The notes beneath the pieces are model-generated. The model ran no database searches, was not told the origin of the DNA, and saw only the letters and a program-made list of their open reading frames with translations. 64,000 nt of DNA from a virus, in the IMG/VR virus record IMGVR_UViG_3300027747_001183, one strand, 5' to 3'. Position numbers and translations under genes: made by a program. This document shows positions 55,157 to 64,000 of the stretch, in pieces (the stretch's first letter is position 1; each line of letters opens with the position of its first letter).

Positions 55157-55467
55157 GCTGCCACCAGCATGTTGAGTGGAACGTTGTAGAGCGCAGTCGC
55201 TGGAACTCGCTGCATCTTGGCGTTGTAGGCCGTGCCAGCCACTGGACACTCGACCACGGCTTTCTTGATCTTGATCGACTTGATCACGCCGGTGTAGTCC
55301 ACTCCGCGGCTGGAGAAATTGACCTTCGTACCTGCCGTGAGTGCGCGGCGGTTCATGCGAGCCAGACGATCCCGACCGATCAGGAGAGCCTGATAGATTT
55401 GGTCGATGTCGGCTTGGGTGGCTGAGTTGCAGATGAACTCTACAGAGGACTTGAGCTTGGCATTCAT
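55153..55467 (-). CDS. Early hypothetical protein
   Basis: First gene after cassette; ends MLVAA. Confidence 0.65.
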   Translation of the reverse strand: MNAKLKSSVEFICNSATQADIDQIYQALLIGRDRLARMNRRALTAGTKVNFSSRGVDYTGVIKSIKIKKAVVECPVAGTAYNAKMQRVPATALYNVPLNMLVAA

Positions 55468-55469
55468 GG

Positions 55470-55572
55470 TAGACTCCTTTGGTTTAGCTTATATTCTTAT
55501 ATTAGTATTTTTTTGATAAAATGTCAACAAAAAAATGGCATTTTTATGAAAAAAATGCCATTGAAAAGATTG
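55470..55572 (-). promoter_or_regulatory. Early-promoter cassette
   Basis: TTGACA/TAATAT plus GCCATTGAAAAGATT. Confidence 0.75.
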
Positions 55573-55578
55573 AGTTTT

Positions 55579-55788
55579 TTATAGGAAGACGTTTTGGTGT
55601 GGATAGCCAATTTCGTCAAGTGCGGCGAGTGCCGATTTTTGGTTAGGGAATTCGAGGGTTACAGTTTGGTTGGGTAGGTCGATGTTGAGGTTGTGAGATG
55701 ATACGAGTTTGGCAGAATAGGCGTTTAAGAAGTCGAGGAAGTCGAAGAGGTCGGTGGTGGTGGGGAGGTCGATTTTGATGAATGTCAT
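55579..55788 (-). CDS. Early hypothetical protein
   Basis: Single gene between two cassettes. Confidence 0.6.
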   Translation of the reverse strand: MTFIKIDLPTTTDLFDFLDFLNAYSAKLVSSHNLNIDLPNQTVTLEFPNQKSALAALDEIGYPHQNVFL

Positions 55789-55789
55789 T

Positions 55790-55890
55790 TTGTATCTCCA
55801 TTGGTTATATTATTAATATAAGCTTTTTTGATAAAAAAGTACACAAAAAAACAGCACTTTTAACAAAAAAAGTGCCGTTGAAAAGATTGA
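55790..55890 (-). promoter_or_regulatory. Early-promoter cassette
   Basis: Near-identical to 5658-5714; GCCGTTGAAAAGATT. Confidence 0.8.
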
Positions 55891-55900
55891 GTTTTTTCTG

Positions 55901-56986
55901 TCACAATCGGGGTAGGGAGCCTCCCCTGTGAAGCTCCGTGGTATTGCAGTGGATTCCACCATCAAAAAAGAATCTGTGTCTCAGGGGTGATATGTGTGGC
56001 ACTATGCCATGCTTCTCAAAGGCATCAAAAGCCTGCTTGTTATAAGAAGAAACTATGACGTTCTTCTCATCTATTGTCAAAATATTGACATCAAATATGT
56101 TTTCTCTGATATGCTTAGACCAGTCATTCATCCACTTCTCTACGTACTCTACGAGCTCGTCATCGTCCTGAGCTCTAGGCATGTACCACTTTCCATGGTT
56201 CTTCTTCTTTGAAGCAAGAAAATCATTCATTGAATTTAGTCTGCTGTTCTTGAAGTAGATGACTTCCCATCCGGGGAACGTCTTACTATAAGTGTCTGGG
56301 CTATAGACTGAGAATATAAGACCCGGCTTTACTGGATTAAAGCAGCCATCTGTATGACCACCACTCGTTACAGGAATGACGCTGTAGTCTCTAAGCCAGT
56401 TCTCCCACACGTAGTCTACAGCGTCTATCATCTCAAAGTCGGTAAGCTTCTTGCTCGATCCAAAGAGTATATCTTTGCCAGTTCTCCATATACCGTTTAG
56501 CCTAATTAGGCTTAAAACATCATCGCTCTCACCTCGAATTATCTTATTTCCGTTTGACTCAACATAGTCAAATACATTATCAAAGCACGAACTTAAGTTT
56601 TCTTTTTTGATGTCTTCAAGACTTAGCTTTATAGCACACTGTCTATTCTGCTTTATAACAATCTGATCGGGTGGAAATGAAAAGAACTTATCTCCTATCA
56701 TTATTATCTGGTCTCTAGGTACAGCGGAGACTGCAGGTGGTATGCTTATACCCTTTGATATATACTTTTCTGTATCTACTAGCGGCACCCTAGGGCGCAA
56801 TACGTCTATGTTAAACGTCTTTAAGATGGAGATTAGTTTCTGCTTGTCTTCTTCCACCTCTATCGCAATCTGCTCAAACAGATTGCGAAGCCTACGGTTC
56901 TTCATAAAGCTAAAGAACTCAGGTGGGTAGCTTCTTCCTACCACGCATACCTTGAGTGGGTCCCACTCTTGATTCACTGTTAACAT
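55901..56986 (-). CDS. Amidinotransferase (glycine/inosamine-phosphate amidinotransferase family)
   Basis: EWDPLKVCVVG, PRDQ, GHTDGCF, FDVNIL, DGGIHCNT. Confidence 0.85.
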   Translation of the reverse strand: MLTVNQEWDPLKVCVVGRSYPPEFFSFMKNRRLRNLFEQIAIEVEEDKQKLISILKTFNIDVLRPRVPLVDTEKYISKGISIPPAVSAVPRDQIIMIGDKFFSFPPDQIVIKQNRQCAIKLSLEDIKKENLSSCFDNVFDYVESNGNKIIRGESDDVLSLIRLNGIWRTGKDILFGSSKKLTDFEMIDAVDYVWENWLRDYSVIPVTSGGHTDGCFNPVKPGLIFSVYSPDTYSKTFPGWEVIYFKNSRLNSMNDFLASKKKNHGKWYMPRAQDDDELVEYVEKWMNDWSKHIRENIFDVNILTIDEKNVIVSSYNKQAFDAFEKHGIVPHISPLRHRFFFDGGIHCNTTELHRGGSLPRL

Positions 56987-56988
56987 GT

Positions 56989-57606
56989 CTAAGCGGTGTA
57001 CCTCTTCATTGATCCGTCTGGTCTGACGTGATACGCATGGAACTGAGTGTGTGGGTATTCTCTCTTGAGTCCTAAGAAAGCATCCAAGTTCTCGTGGCTG
57101 TCATCATACATCCTAACGTGAGTGTAGGGATGATTTGCGAGGTGCTGTCTAATGAATGTAAGCTTCTTGTTAGCCGGCTTCTCGTTACCCGGAATGTTTC
57201 CAGCTCGATGCACATGGATGTCGTGCATGTTATGAATGCCATGCGCAGTGAGAGTATTTAAGAACCTGTGCTTGTCATCGAAGTCTGCTCGAGCCGTGTT
57301 GATGATGACCCTGTTCTTTGGGTTCTTCTTCCTAGTCGCAGAAGTAGCATTGATCGTGTTGATCATGCGATGGATCGGCTTTGACTTACTAAACACGCGA
57401 GAGCTCTTGAACTCATGATAGTCGTAGTGGTGTCCGGGTGGAAGCCTATGGCTGTTGTACTCAGACGTAGTCAGCTTCTGGACAGTATGCCCGTGTGGGT
57501 CCTTTACGTGCACCTTCGCGTTCGAGTGGACTAGCGTATCGTCCACGTCGAACACGTGCAGTGTAGATGACTCTGATATGAACTCTGAGAAGGGCTTCAG
57601 TTGCAT
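56989..57606 (-). CDS. His-rich HAD-family phosphatase with capsid-targeting-like N-terminus
   Basis: MQLKPFSEFISE; LHVFDVDDTL, NTARA, K, YDD; about 11% His by hand count. Confidence 0.75.
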   Translation of the reverse strand: MQLKPFSEFISESSTLHVFDVDDTLVHSNAKVHVKDPHGHTVQKLTTSEYNSHRLPPGHHYDYHEFKSSRVFSKSKPIHRMINTINATSATRKKNPKNRVIINTARADFDDKHRFLNTLTAHGIHNMHDIHVHRAGNIPGNEKPANKKLTFIRQHLANHPYTHVRMYDDSHENLDAFLGLKREYPHTQFHAYHVRPDGSMKRYTA

Positions 57607-57896
57607 ATTCTTTGATACTGTTCTACCCAAGCGTATCCATTCCACTGACGACCCATGAATACTATCTGACACTGGCGATCGTAGATCGAAGGCTCTTGAA
57701 TGTAGGTACGCTGCTGGTTAGCCATGATGCCGCCGAGGATCATGCCGCCGATGAGTCCGCCGAAGAGTGCTGCTCCAGCGTCACCGCCACGGTTGTAGTA
57801 GTTGCGCTGCTCGAAGCGACGCTGTTCCCATCCATGGGCTGAGGCTACCGATGTCATCGCCATCGTTGCTGCTAGCGCTATTGCGATCTTTCTCAT
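57597..57896 (-). CDS. Secreted Gly-zipper protein (alphaproteobacterial style)
   Basis: Signal peptide ASA; GAALFGGLIGGMILGG. Confidence 0.65.
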   Translation of the reverse strand: MRKIAIALAATMAMTSVASAHGWEQRRFEQRNYYNRGGDAGAALFGGLIGGMILGGIMANQQRTYIQEPSIYDRQCQIVFMGRQWNGYAWVEQYQRICN

Positions 57897-57897
57897 A

Positions 57898-57952
57898 TCA
57901 ATCTCCATTGCTTATATTATTAATATAGCGGTTTTATTAAAAAAGGTCAACA
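57898..57952 (-). promoter_or_regulatory. Early-promoter cassette
   Basis: TTGACC..TATATTAATAATATAAGCAATGGAG. Confidence 0.75.
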
Positions 57953-57958
57953 GTTATT

Positions 57959-58192
57959 TTAGCTGTTATCTCCATTAAAAGCATTGGCATAATCGTTGAG
58001 TTGGGAAGGTGTCAAGCTAGCCAAGAAAGGATCAACCTTCTGAGGACGACGAACAGAAGATAGGCTAGCCCATGGGCTAACACGACGAACAGCATCCTGG
58101 ATATCTGCATCATTGCAGCCATCTGGCAAGCGAACTGTTACCGTACCACCAAAGTCTGCGTAACCCTTAGGCCAAACTTCCAGAAGAATCAT
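57959..58192 (-). CDS. Early hypothetical protein
   Basis: Single gene between two cassettes. Confidence 0.6.
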   Translation of the reverse strand: MILLEVWPKGYADFGGTVTVRLPDGCNDADIQDAVRRVSPWASLSSVRRPQKVDPFLASLTPSQLNDYANAFNGDNS

Positions 58193-58194
58193 TT

Positions 58195-58274
58195 GTATCT
58201 CTCCATTGCTTATATTATTAATATAGTCTTTTTTTGAAAAAATGTCAACAGAAAAATAAGCCATTGAAAAGATT
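58195..58274 (-). promoter_or_regulatory. Early-promoter cassette
   Basis: TTGACA/TATATT; TAAGCCATTGAAAAGATT overlapping upstream stop codon. Confidence 0.8.
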
Positions 58275-59043
58275 AAGCTTTTCCCCACATCACGACCTCG
58301 AACCGACCGTCCAGATGCTCGACCACAGCCGAGCAAGTCTCGACCCAGTCGCCGCAGTTAATGTAAGTAGTCCCCGAGATATCTCTAAGGTTAGGATGGT
58401 GGATATGACCACAAACAATGCCTTGTACGCCCTTAGATACTGCATAATTACTGAGATTCTCTTCATACTGACTTATAAAGTTCACTGCTTTCTTTACCTT
58501 GTACTTGGCCCACGCTGATAGCGACCAGTGAGGTAGATTGAGCAGGTTCCTGATCTTGACTACGGCTACATTGATATAGATGAGAAAGTCATATGCCCAA
58601 CTACCGAGATGTGCTAGCCACTTCATCTTGTTAATCACGACGTCAAACTGGTCGCCGTGCATTACTATGTACTTCTTGCCGTCCGGACCTAAGTGCACTA
58701 TAGTATCGGTAAGTGAGATGTTGCCGAACTCGTGGTCGCCGAACGACCTCAAGAACTCATCGTGGTTACCCGGAAGGTAGACTACTCGAGTACCCTTGCG
58801 AGCCCTTCTCAGGATCTTCTGTATAACGTCGTTGTGGTCCTGCGGCCAGTAGAAGCCAGAGTTGAGCGCCCAGCCGTCGACTATATCGCCGACTAGGTAT
58901 AGGTTATCACACTCGAATGTCTTGAAGAATTCTAAGAGAAAGTCGGCACGGCTCATTTTGGTACCGAGGTGCACGTCGGAGATGAATACGGAGCGGTACC
59001 TCAGTACCTGTTGCCGATCGTGTACTTCGTCACTAGGTTCCAC
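58273..59043 (-). CDS. UDP-2,3-diacylglucosamine diphosphatase-like metallophosphoesterase (LpxH family)
   Basis: FISDVHLG, LVGDIVDGW, PGNHDE, HGD, CGHIHHP, NCGDW. Confidence 0.85.
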   Translation of the reverse strand: MEPSDEVHDRQQVLRYRSVFISDVHLGTKMSRADFLLEFFKTFECDNLYLVGDIVDGWALNSGFYWPQDHNDVIQKILRRARKGTRVVYLPGNHDEFLRSFGDHEFGNISLTDTIVHLGPDGKKYIVMHGDQFDVVINKMKWLAHLGSWAYDFLIYINVAVVKIRNLLNLPHWSLSAWAKYKVKKAVNFISQYEENLSNYAVSKGVQGIVCGHIHHPNLRDISGTTYINCGDWVETCSAVVEHLDGRFEVVMWGKA

Positions 59044-59396
59044 TGAGACTTCTCTTTATAAGGAATGATCTTGACTTGATTGATAGGTGCTATTGGATCT
59101 TTGACCTGATCCTTGTCGACAATCTCTACGAGGTTCCACTCGTCCAGCAGCAGCACTATCTTGTTTCTTCTAGCAACGTCGCTCTCAGAGAAGTCTGCCT
59201 GCTTTCCATCGAGCATAAAGAGCTCTTTGAAGTGCACGATGTAGTACCTACCCTGCTTGTGCAGGATGTGGCAAGATTGATACAGCGTATTGTCTTTTTT
59301 GGAAGCTAGCCCTATGCGAGACAGTGTCTCTTTAACTTTTAGAAAATCTTCAGAGCTTCTAAGACGAACTTCCACCAGTTGACTTAGATTGAACAT
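59001..59396 (-). CDS. regA: Translational repressor RegA
   Basis: DFLKVKETLSRIG..LYQSCHILHKQGRYYIVHFKE. Confidence 0.97.
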   Translation of the reverse strand: MFNLSQLVEVRLRSSEDFLKVKETLSRIGLASKKDNTLYQSCHILHKQGRYYIVHFKELFMLDGKQADFSESDVARRNKIVLLLDEWNLVEIVDKDQVKDPIAPINQVKIIPYKEKSQWNLVTKYTIGNRY

Positions 59397-59781
59397 CAGT
59401 ACCGCCTTTTATTATTCTTGTTCTTATAAGGTCGATCTGCTCTTTAGTAAGGATCTTAGATAACTCCAGCGCTCTCGCATAATTTATCTTGTAGTATTCC
59501 TGTACACATTGAACGTCGGGATCCTCAACGTGCTTAGCCCACTTTGAGAACCTCTTTCCTTTTCTGACTATATTTATAAAATAGTCGTTTTGCAGTCGAT
59601 TTTCTAGCAAATGGTTAACGTTCATCTCGTTTGCGTGGTATATCGTCTCAGGAAAGTAGGAGAGAGCCTTGTTTGTAAGGAACGGGTTGTAAGACTTCTC
59701 CGCGAGCACAGGGTTGTCTGAGTCGCGGATCAAGTCTTTCTTCGTGGTATTGATTGCAGTGACAAAGTCAAAAGGGTTCAT
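59359..59781 (-). CDS. 62: Clamp loader small subunit (T4 gp62)
   Basis: YNPFLTNKALS..ANEMN..RKGKRFSKW; synteny 45-44-62-regA. Confidence 0.92.
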   Translation of the reverse strand: MNPFDFVTAINTTKKDLIRDSDNPVLAEKSYNPFLTNKALSYFPETIYHANEMNVNHLLENRLQNDYFINIVRKGKRFSKWAKHVEDPDVQCVQEYYKINYARALELSKILTKEQIDLIRTRIIKGGTDVQSKSTGGSSS

Positions 59782-60719
59782 TTGAACTCCACTGTCATCA
59801 TGACCTCAGTCAAGAAGGCTGCAAGGTTGACTTCTTGGTCGGCGACGAACGCTGCCTGATACTGGTAGCGAGCAAGCAGGATTACGAGGTCTGCAATAGA
59901 CCCAGCCTTCATGTACTCGTGTGCCGTATCGTAGAACTTACGAAACATCGAGGTAGAGTCCATGTCAGAGTTCTCACCGACCCACTTACGCATCTCAGTG
60001 AACTTCTTTTCTTTCAAGAGACCGATGAGGTTGCGGAAGTTATCCTCGCCGAGGTTGGCGAAGATGCCGGTATCGATGTGACCGTTTACGGAGTATCTCT
60101 GTAGTTCATTAAGTACCCGACGCCAATCAGGCACGTGACGCTGAATAAGCTCAGCAATAGTAGCTTTATCATATCCGATTCCCTCTGAGTTGAGGATCTT
60201 TAGAGTGCGCTTGAAGAACTCACCGGCGAGAAGCGGAAGAGAGCTCTTAGGGATCTTGAACTCTACGACAGAGCACCGAGAATGTAGTGGTTCGATAATT
60301 CTGTTCTTGAAGTTACAGGTAAGGATAAATCCGCAGTTCCTAGAATACTCTTCCATGAAGTTTCTAAGTGCGGGCTGGGTGGAATTGGCATTAAGGTAGT
60401 CAGCCTCATCGAGGATGACGTATTTGCGTCCACCAGTGAGAGAGACGCTTGAGGCGAACTGCTGTATATCGTTGCGAAGCGTGTCGATGTTTCCATTCAT
60501 ACTCCCGTTGATTACGATGTAGTCTGCACCGACCTGCTCGAGCATGGCTCGGGCCACCGTCGTCTTACCGACGCCGGGGCCACCAGTCAAGAGGAGGTTC
60601 GGGATCTCCTTCATGTCCACGAACTTCTGAAAGGTACTCTTTAGTTCTTCAGGAAGCACGCAGTCACTTATAGTCTTTGGGCGATACTTCTCCACCCACA
60701 AGAATTCATCACGAACCAT
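59778..60719 (-). CDS. 44: Clamp loader large subunit (T4 gp44)
   Basis: LWVEKYRP, GGPGVGKTT, ILDEAD, PLHSRC. Confidence 0.97.
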   Translation of the reverse strand: MVRDEFLWVEKYRPKTISDCVLPEELKSTFQKFVDMKEIPNLLLTGGPGVGKTTVARAMLEQVGADYIVINGSMNGNIDTLRNDIQQFASSVSLTGGRKYVILDEADYLNANSTQPALRNFMEEYSRNCGFILTCNFKNRIIEPLHSRCSVVEFKIPKSSLPLLAGEFFKRTLKILNSEGIGYDKATIAELIQRHVPDWRRVLNELQRYSVNGHIDTGIFANLGEDNFRNLIGLLKEKKFTEMRKWVGENSDMDSTSMFRKFYDTAHEYMKAGSIADLVILLARYQYQAAFVADQEVNLAAFLTEVMMTVEFK

Positions 60720-60728
60720 TATATCACC

Positions 60729-61391
60729 TTAGTTGTTGAAAGTGCTGTTGGACTCAGTAGGCACGTAGTAGTTAATTGTACTCGACGTAAAGAGTGCGAG
60801 ACCCTTTGAAGAGATCTTGACGTTGTATCCAGTCGAGATCAGCTTCATGATGTTCTCAGCCTTGAACACCATGTTGAACGACTTGTCAGTCGTACCGACG
60901 TCTACCATGAAGGTATCGGCCGATGGGTTCTTTGAGTTGTCAGCGCATAGGCGGATGACGCTGCCGTCACCGACCACGGTGATCTCAGGGAGTTGAAGAA
61001 CGCCGGTAGCGCGTACTACTCGCTGCAGCTCTTCCTGAGTGATGTCGAACTCGATGTCAGGAGAAGGAAAGGTGATGTCCTTCTCAGGAGGAGTAACGAT
61101 CATCGATGGGTCTGCATACGTATAGAGCAGAGACTGCTTGCCTGAGCTGATCTTCATGTTCTTCTCGCCGAACTCGATCTCAGGGTCGCTGAAGAGCGAG
61201 AGAACGCCGAGGAACTTAGAGAGCTCATAGATGGCGAACTGTGAAGGAAAAGTCTCCTCTACAGTCACCTTAGCGAAGATCGTCTTCATCTCTGAGATTG
61301 TAGAGAGGACGCTTCCGGGCTTCACCAAGATCGACTTGTTGATAGTGGCGAAGTTCTTGAAGATTGCGATTGTATTTTCACTGATTTTCAT
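60729..61391 (-). CDS. 45: Sliding clamp (T4 gp45)
   Basis: KNFATINKSI..FAIYELSKFL; synteny. Confidence 0.93.
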   Translation of the reverse strand: MKISENTIAIFKNFATINKSILVKPGSVLSTISEMKTIFAKVTVEETFPSQFAIYELSKFLGVLSLFSDPEIEFGEKNMKISSGKQSLLYTYADPSMIVTPPEKDITFPSPDIEFDITQEELQRVVRATGVLQLPEITVVGDGSVIRLCADNSKNPSADTFMVDVGTTDKSFNMVFKAENIMKLISTGYNVKISSKGLALFTSSTINYYVPTESNSTFNN

Positions 61392-61406
61392 AATGTATGT
61401 TTCCAA

Positions 61407-62387
61407 TTACTTCTTTTTCTTCATTGCTTCTAGCTGAGAAGGGTCTGCAGTAGCAGACGCGCCTATAGACGCGAGTGCAGCGAGCTTGCCGCCGAACGTA
61501 TAGAAGCCTGCATGCTGAAGGTGCATCCAAGGGCAGAGCCAGATCTTCATGCCGATCTTGCGGACCAGCTGACAGAACCAGTAGTCCTCAGAGAGGTAGC
61601 GCTCAGACGATGCATCCTGCTTAGCCTTAGCGTCTTCCATGATAGTCTTGATAGACGTCGGGTCGATGGTCTCACCGTTTGCGATGCGAGCAAGGATAGC
61701 CTCGTATTCCTTGGCTGGGTTGTAGCGGTCGACCTCAGCTTGGAAGTACTGGCCGATGCGACGAGTGCCGTCGAACTCAGCTGTACGAACGTGATCAGGC
61801 TTATACATGATCTCAGGGTATTCCTTCACGAAGTTCATAAATGTATCGCGACGAACCATCATGAAGCCGGTACCGAGTTCGAGAACTTCTGCAGGCTCGT
61901 CGAGCTTGATGCTCTTAGAAGACTCACCCGGTTCCATGACTGGGTTGAACACGAAGTCGCCGACGAAGTCTTCGAGGTTTGCTGGGTTCTCTTCAGCGAC
62001 GCCGCGGTCGACTGCCATCTTGATCTTTTCCCAAGTGATGCACTTCTTAGGATACGCACCGCCGATTACGTCGTACGGAGACTCTTCAGTCTGCAGGGCT
62101 AATAGAGCCAGTACGTCCTGAGGGTTGAAGCCGATGTCGGAATCGATGAATAATAGATGAGTATATCCTGAACGCAGGAATTCGTCAACACAATAGTTGC
62201 GAGCGCGAGTGATAAGTGACTCATTGAATAGGAAGTACGAGCGCATCTCGATGCCGTACTTCAAGCACATTGCAGTAAGGTCGCACATTGCTCGGGCATA
62301 CATGCCGTTACAAGCGCCGCCGTACATAGGAGTCGCTACGAAGAGCTTGTTCTTCTGCAGAGCCTCGATGTTGATTTGAATTTCCAT
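61407..62387 (-). CDS. GT-A fold glycosyltransferase-like conserved phage protein
   Basis: ATPMYGG, NESLITRARN, LLFIDSDI, GTGFMM, LSEDYWFC. Confidence 0.7.
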   Translation of the reverse strand: MEIQINIEALQKNKLFVATPMYGGACNGMYARAMCDLTAMCLKYGIEMRSYFLFNESLITRARNYCVDEFLRSGYTHLLFIDSDIGFNPQDVLALLALQTEESPYDVIGGAYPKKCITWEKIKMAVDRGVAEENPANLEDFVGDFVFNPVMEPGESSKSIKLDEPAEVLELGTGFMMVRRDTFMNFVKEYPEIMYKPDHVRTAEFDGTRRIGQYFQAEVDRYNPAKEYEAILARIANGETIDPTSIKTIMEDAKAKQDASSERYLSEDYWFCQLVRKIGMKIWLCPWMHLQHAGFYTFGGKLAALASIGASATADPSQLEAMKKKK

Positions 62388-62391
62388 TGTA

Positions 62392-62580
62392 TTACCACCT
62401 TTCGTCGTCGATAATGATTGTTATTTTAATGAGACCTGCTCTTAGTACTGCGCTTAGTATTAGTCCAGGGTCGTGATCGCTTACAGTAGAATAGTCTAAA
62501 TAGAACCTCCACTTAAGTGGGTTCAGAAAAAGTGTAATGACGATGTCAGACTGTCTTAGATATGATAGGAACTTCTTCAC
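62392..62580 (-). CDS. Hypothetical protein
   Basis: Operon packing. Confidence 0.55.
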   Translation of the reverse strand: MKKFLSYLRQSDIVITLFLNPLKWRFYLDYSTVSDHDPGLILSAVLRAGLIKITIIIDDERW

Positions 62581-62897
62581 TTGTCGTCCTCAAACTGTTC
62601 ATCGTGTACGTAGAGCTGCATGACTGCGTAGTGAATGACCTTCATCATGTCCTTACGCCAGTCATCGGGACTGCCCTTACGGCCGTAGCGCTGGGCGTAC
62701 TTGAGTACGTTGCCAACGCAGAAGCCAGTGCCGTGACCGGAGTCGATGATGAACTCCGTGGCCTGAAACTTGTTCTTTGAGTAGTGCTCACCGTACGTAT
62801 TGTTAATATAATCTAAGATCTGATTAATGTACACATCTTCTTTGTACTTATACTTTGGCGCGTTCTGCTGGTCAACACCGAACTTAACAAAAGACAT
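62577..62897 (-). CDS. DUF3310-like protein
   Basis: HY..GFCVGNVLKYAQRYGRKG..DMMKVIHY. Confidence 0.75.
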   Translation of the reverse strand: MSFVKFGVDQQNAPKYKYKEDVYINQILDYINNTYGEHYSKNKFQATEFIIDSGHGTGFCVGNVLKYAQRYGRKGSPDDWRKDMMKVIHYAVMQLYVHDEQFEDDK

Positions 62898-64000
62898 TAG
62901 AAGAACTCCTCGAGTGTTAGAGCTTTGGCTCCGGGTGTCTCGATCCTGTGATCGAAGTTGTACTGGAAAGTATACGTAGAGTTGATCATCGGTCTCTGCC
63001 CGTTGAGATAAGCGAGGACCTCAGTGGCCATGTCCTCTGCTGTCTGCACCGGTACGTTCTGACACATGTGATTGACGCTCTTCTCTGGATCTAGAAGCTC
63101 GAAGTTATCTGGGAGACCCATGATCGATAGGCCCTCGCGGTACGTGATATACCTGTCCTCGACTGGATGAGTCAGCGATGTTGGGTAGTGACCGACGAAA
63201 GCACCGATGTAGTCCTTAGGAATAACCGTGCCGCGGCGCATGATGTTGGCTCCTGTAGCCAGCTTATCGAACTTTCTCTTGCATCCGGCTACTTCTTTCT
63301 CATAGCCATGACGAGCCATCCACTCACCGACCTGCTCGTAGTTCCTACCCATCTTCTCTATGTATGAGAACGCATCATTGCCTCTAGCTCTCGATGGCTC
63401 AACGATCTTAGCGAACTCAGCGTGAGTTATCCCACCGTGAATGTCCTCGAGGATGTATCGGTAGTAGGGGTCCTGAGATGGAGTCTTCTTGTTGATGGGA
63501 TCCTGCAGGGTATTTCCCCTAGCATCTAAGATCGTCTGCTCGATTGACTTGTAAGGTCGATTGTACCAGCTGAGCTGGGGAGTCTCATCTCCCTCCCAGA
63601 AGAAGTAGAACGACCTCTCTCGAACTTGAGGGACGCCGTGGAGCATCGAGCGAGTGCGGTACACAGTCATTGAGTACTTGTTCTCTCTGGCTATGTCGTA
63701 CATCTGCGTCCTGATGTTCTCACCGATCTTGCCAGCAAATCCTGGAGCGTTCTCACCCCAGAAAACTTTTGGCTTGAGCTCACCGAGAACTAGCTTCGTG
63801 GTCTCGAGCATCCACTTGTTGTTTGGATTGTGATCACCGAAGCCGTGAGACATCTGAGATAGGCCGGCGCAGGGGCACACTGAGGCTATGACGTCAACTT
63901 TCTTCGGAGCAGATTGGTTCTTATCTAGAACGTAGTAGGGCACCTCGTTGTTGTAGTGATTAACGATGTGCCGGTCATTTGGCCAGAATGTCTCGTATGA
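62897..64000 (-). CDS. C5-cytosine DNA methyltransferase (N-terminus outside window)
   Basis: CPCAGLS (IV), GENAP (VI), GVPQVRER (VIII), RYITYRE..MGLP, QNVP; frame open to window end. Confidence 0.85.
   Translation of the reverse strand, partial: SYETFWPNDRHIVNHYNNEVPYYVLDKNQSAPKKVDVIASVCPCAGLSQMSHGFGDHNPNNKWMLETTKLVLGELKPKVFWGENAPGFAGKIGENIRTQMYDIARENKYSMTVYRTRSMLHGVPQVRERSFYFFWEGDETPQLSWYNRPYKSIEQTILDARGNTLQDPINKKTPSQDPYYRYILEDIHGGITHAEFAKIVEPSRARGNDAFSYIEKMGRNYEQVGEWMARHGYEKEVAGCKRKFDKLATGANIMRRGTVIPKDYIGAFVGHYPTSLTHPVEDRYITYREGLSIMGLPDNFELLDPEKSVNHMCQNVPVQTAEDMATEVLAYLNGQRPMINSTYTFQYNFDHRIETPGAKALTLEEFF

Noticed and set aside
54079-62121. Long plus-strand ORFs opposite real genes (e.g. 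54079, 54595, 61512)
   Set aside because: Antisense shadows expected from the codon bias of the minus-strand genes

Overview
64 kb of a large T4-like (Straboviridae/Kyanoviridae-like) myovirus genome, almost all encoded on the minus strand. The replication core is recognisable: rnh, gp61 primase, gp41 helicase, uvsX, gp43 polymerase, regA, gp62/44/45, class II RNR, glutaredoxin, thyX and a C5 DNA methyltransferase cut off at the right edge. Several markers point to an alphaproteobacterial, probably Rhizobiales-like, host: a circularly permuted two-piece tmRNA (tag ANDNNAYDLAFAA), an ADLP..KAP-type porin, a DUF1127 protein and a ROSE-type thermometer before hsp20. Accessory content includes 14 apparently intact tRNAs plus three broken tRNA remnants, five radical SAM enzymes, QueC-like, amidinotransferase, SDR, methyl- and glycosyltransferase genes, Dps, SpeD, an LpxH-like enzyme, a secreted nuclease, SLT and spanins, and about nine repeated early-promoter cassettes. 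The best candidate for an undescribed system is a dispersed set of His-rich proteins with T4 capsid-targeting-like N-termini and/or gp21-like cleavage sites. Their domains resemble an RNA ligase, a HAD phosphatase, a PD-(D/E)xK nuclease, and Pol-beta and HIGH nucleotidyltransferases, so they may form a virion-packaged RNA repair/counter-defence kit alongside the tmRNA, non-canonical tRNAs and unannotated structured RNAs. All calls come from reading motifs by eye; no searches were run.
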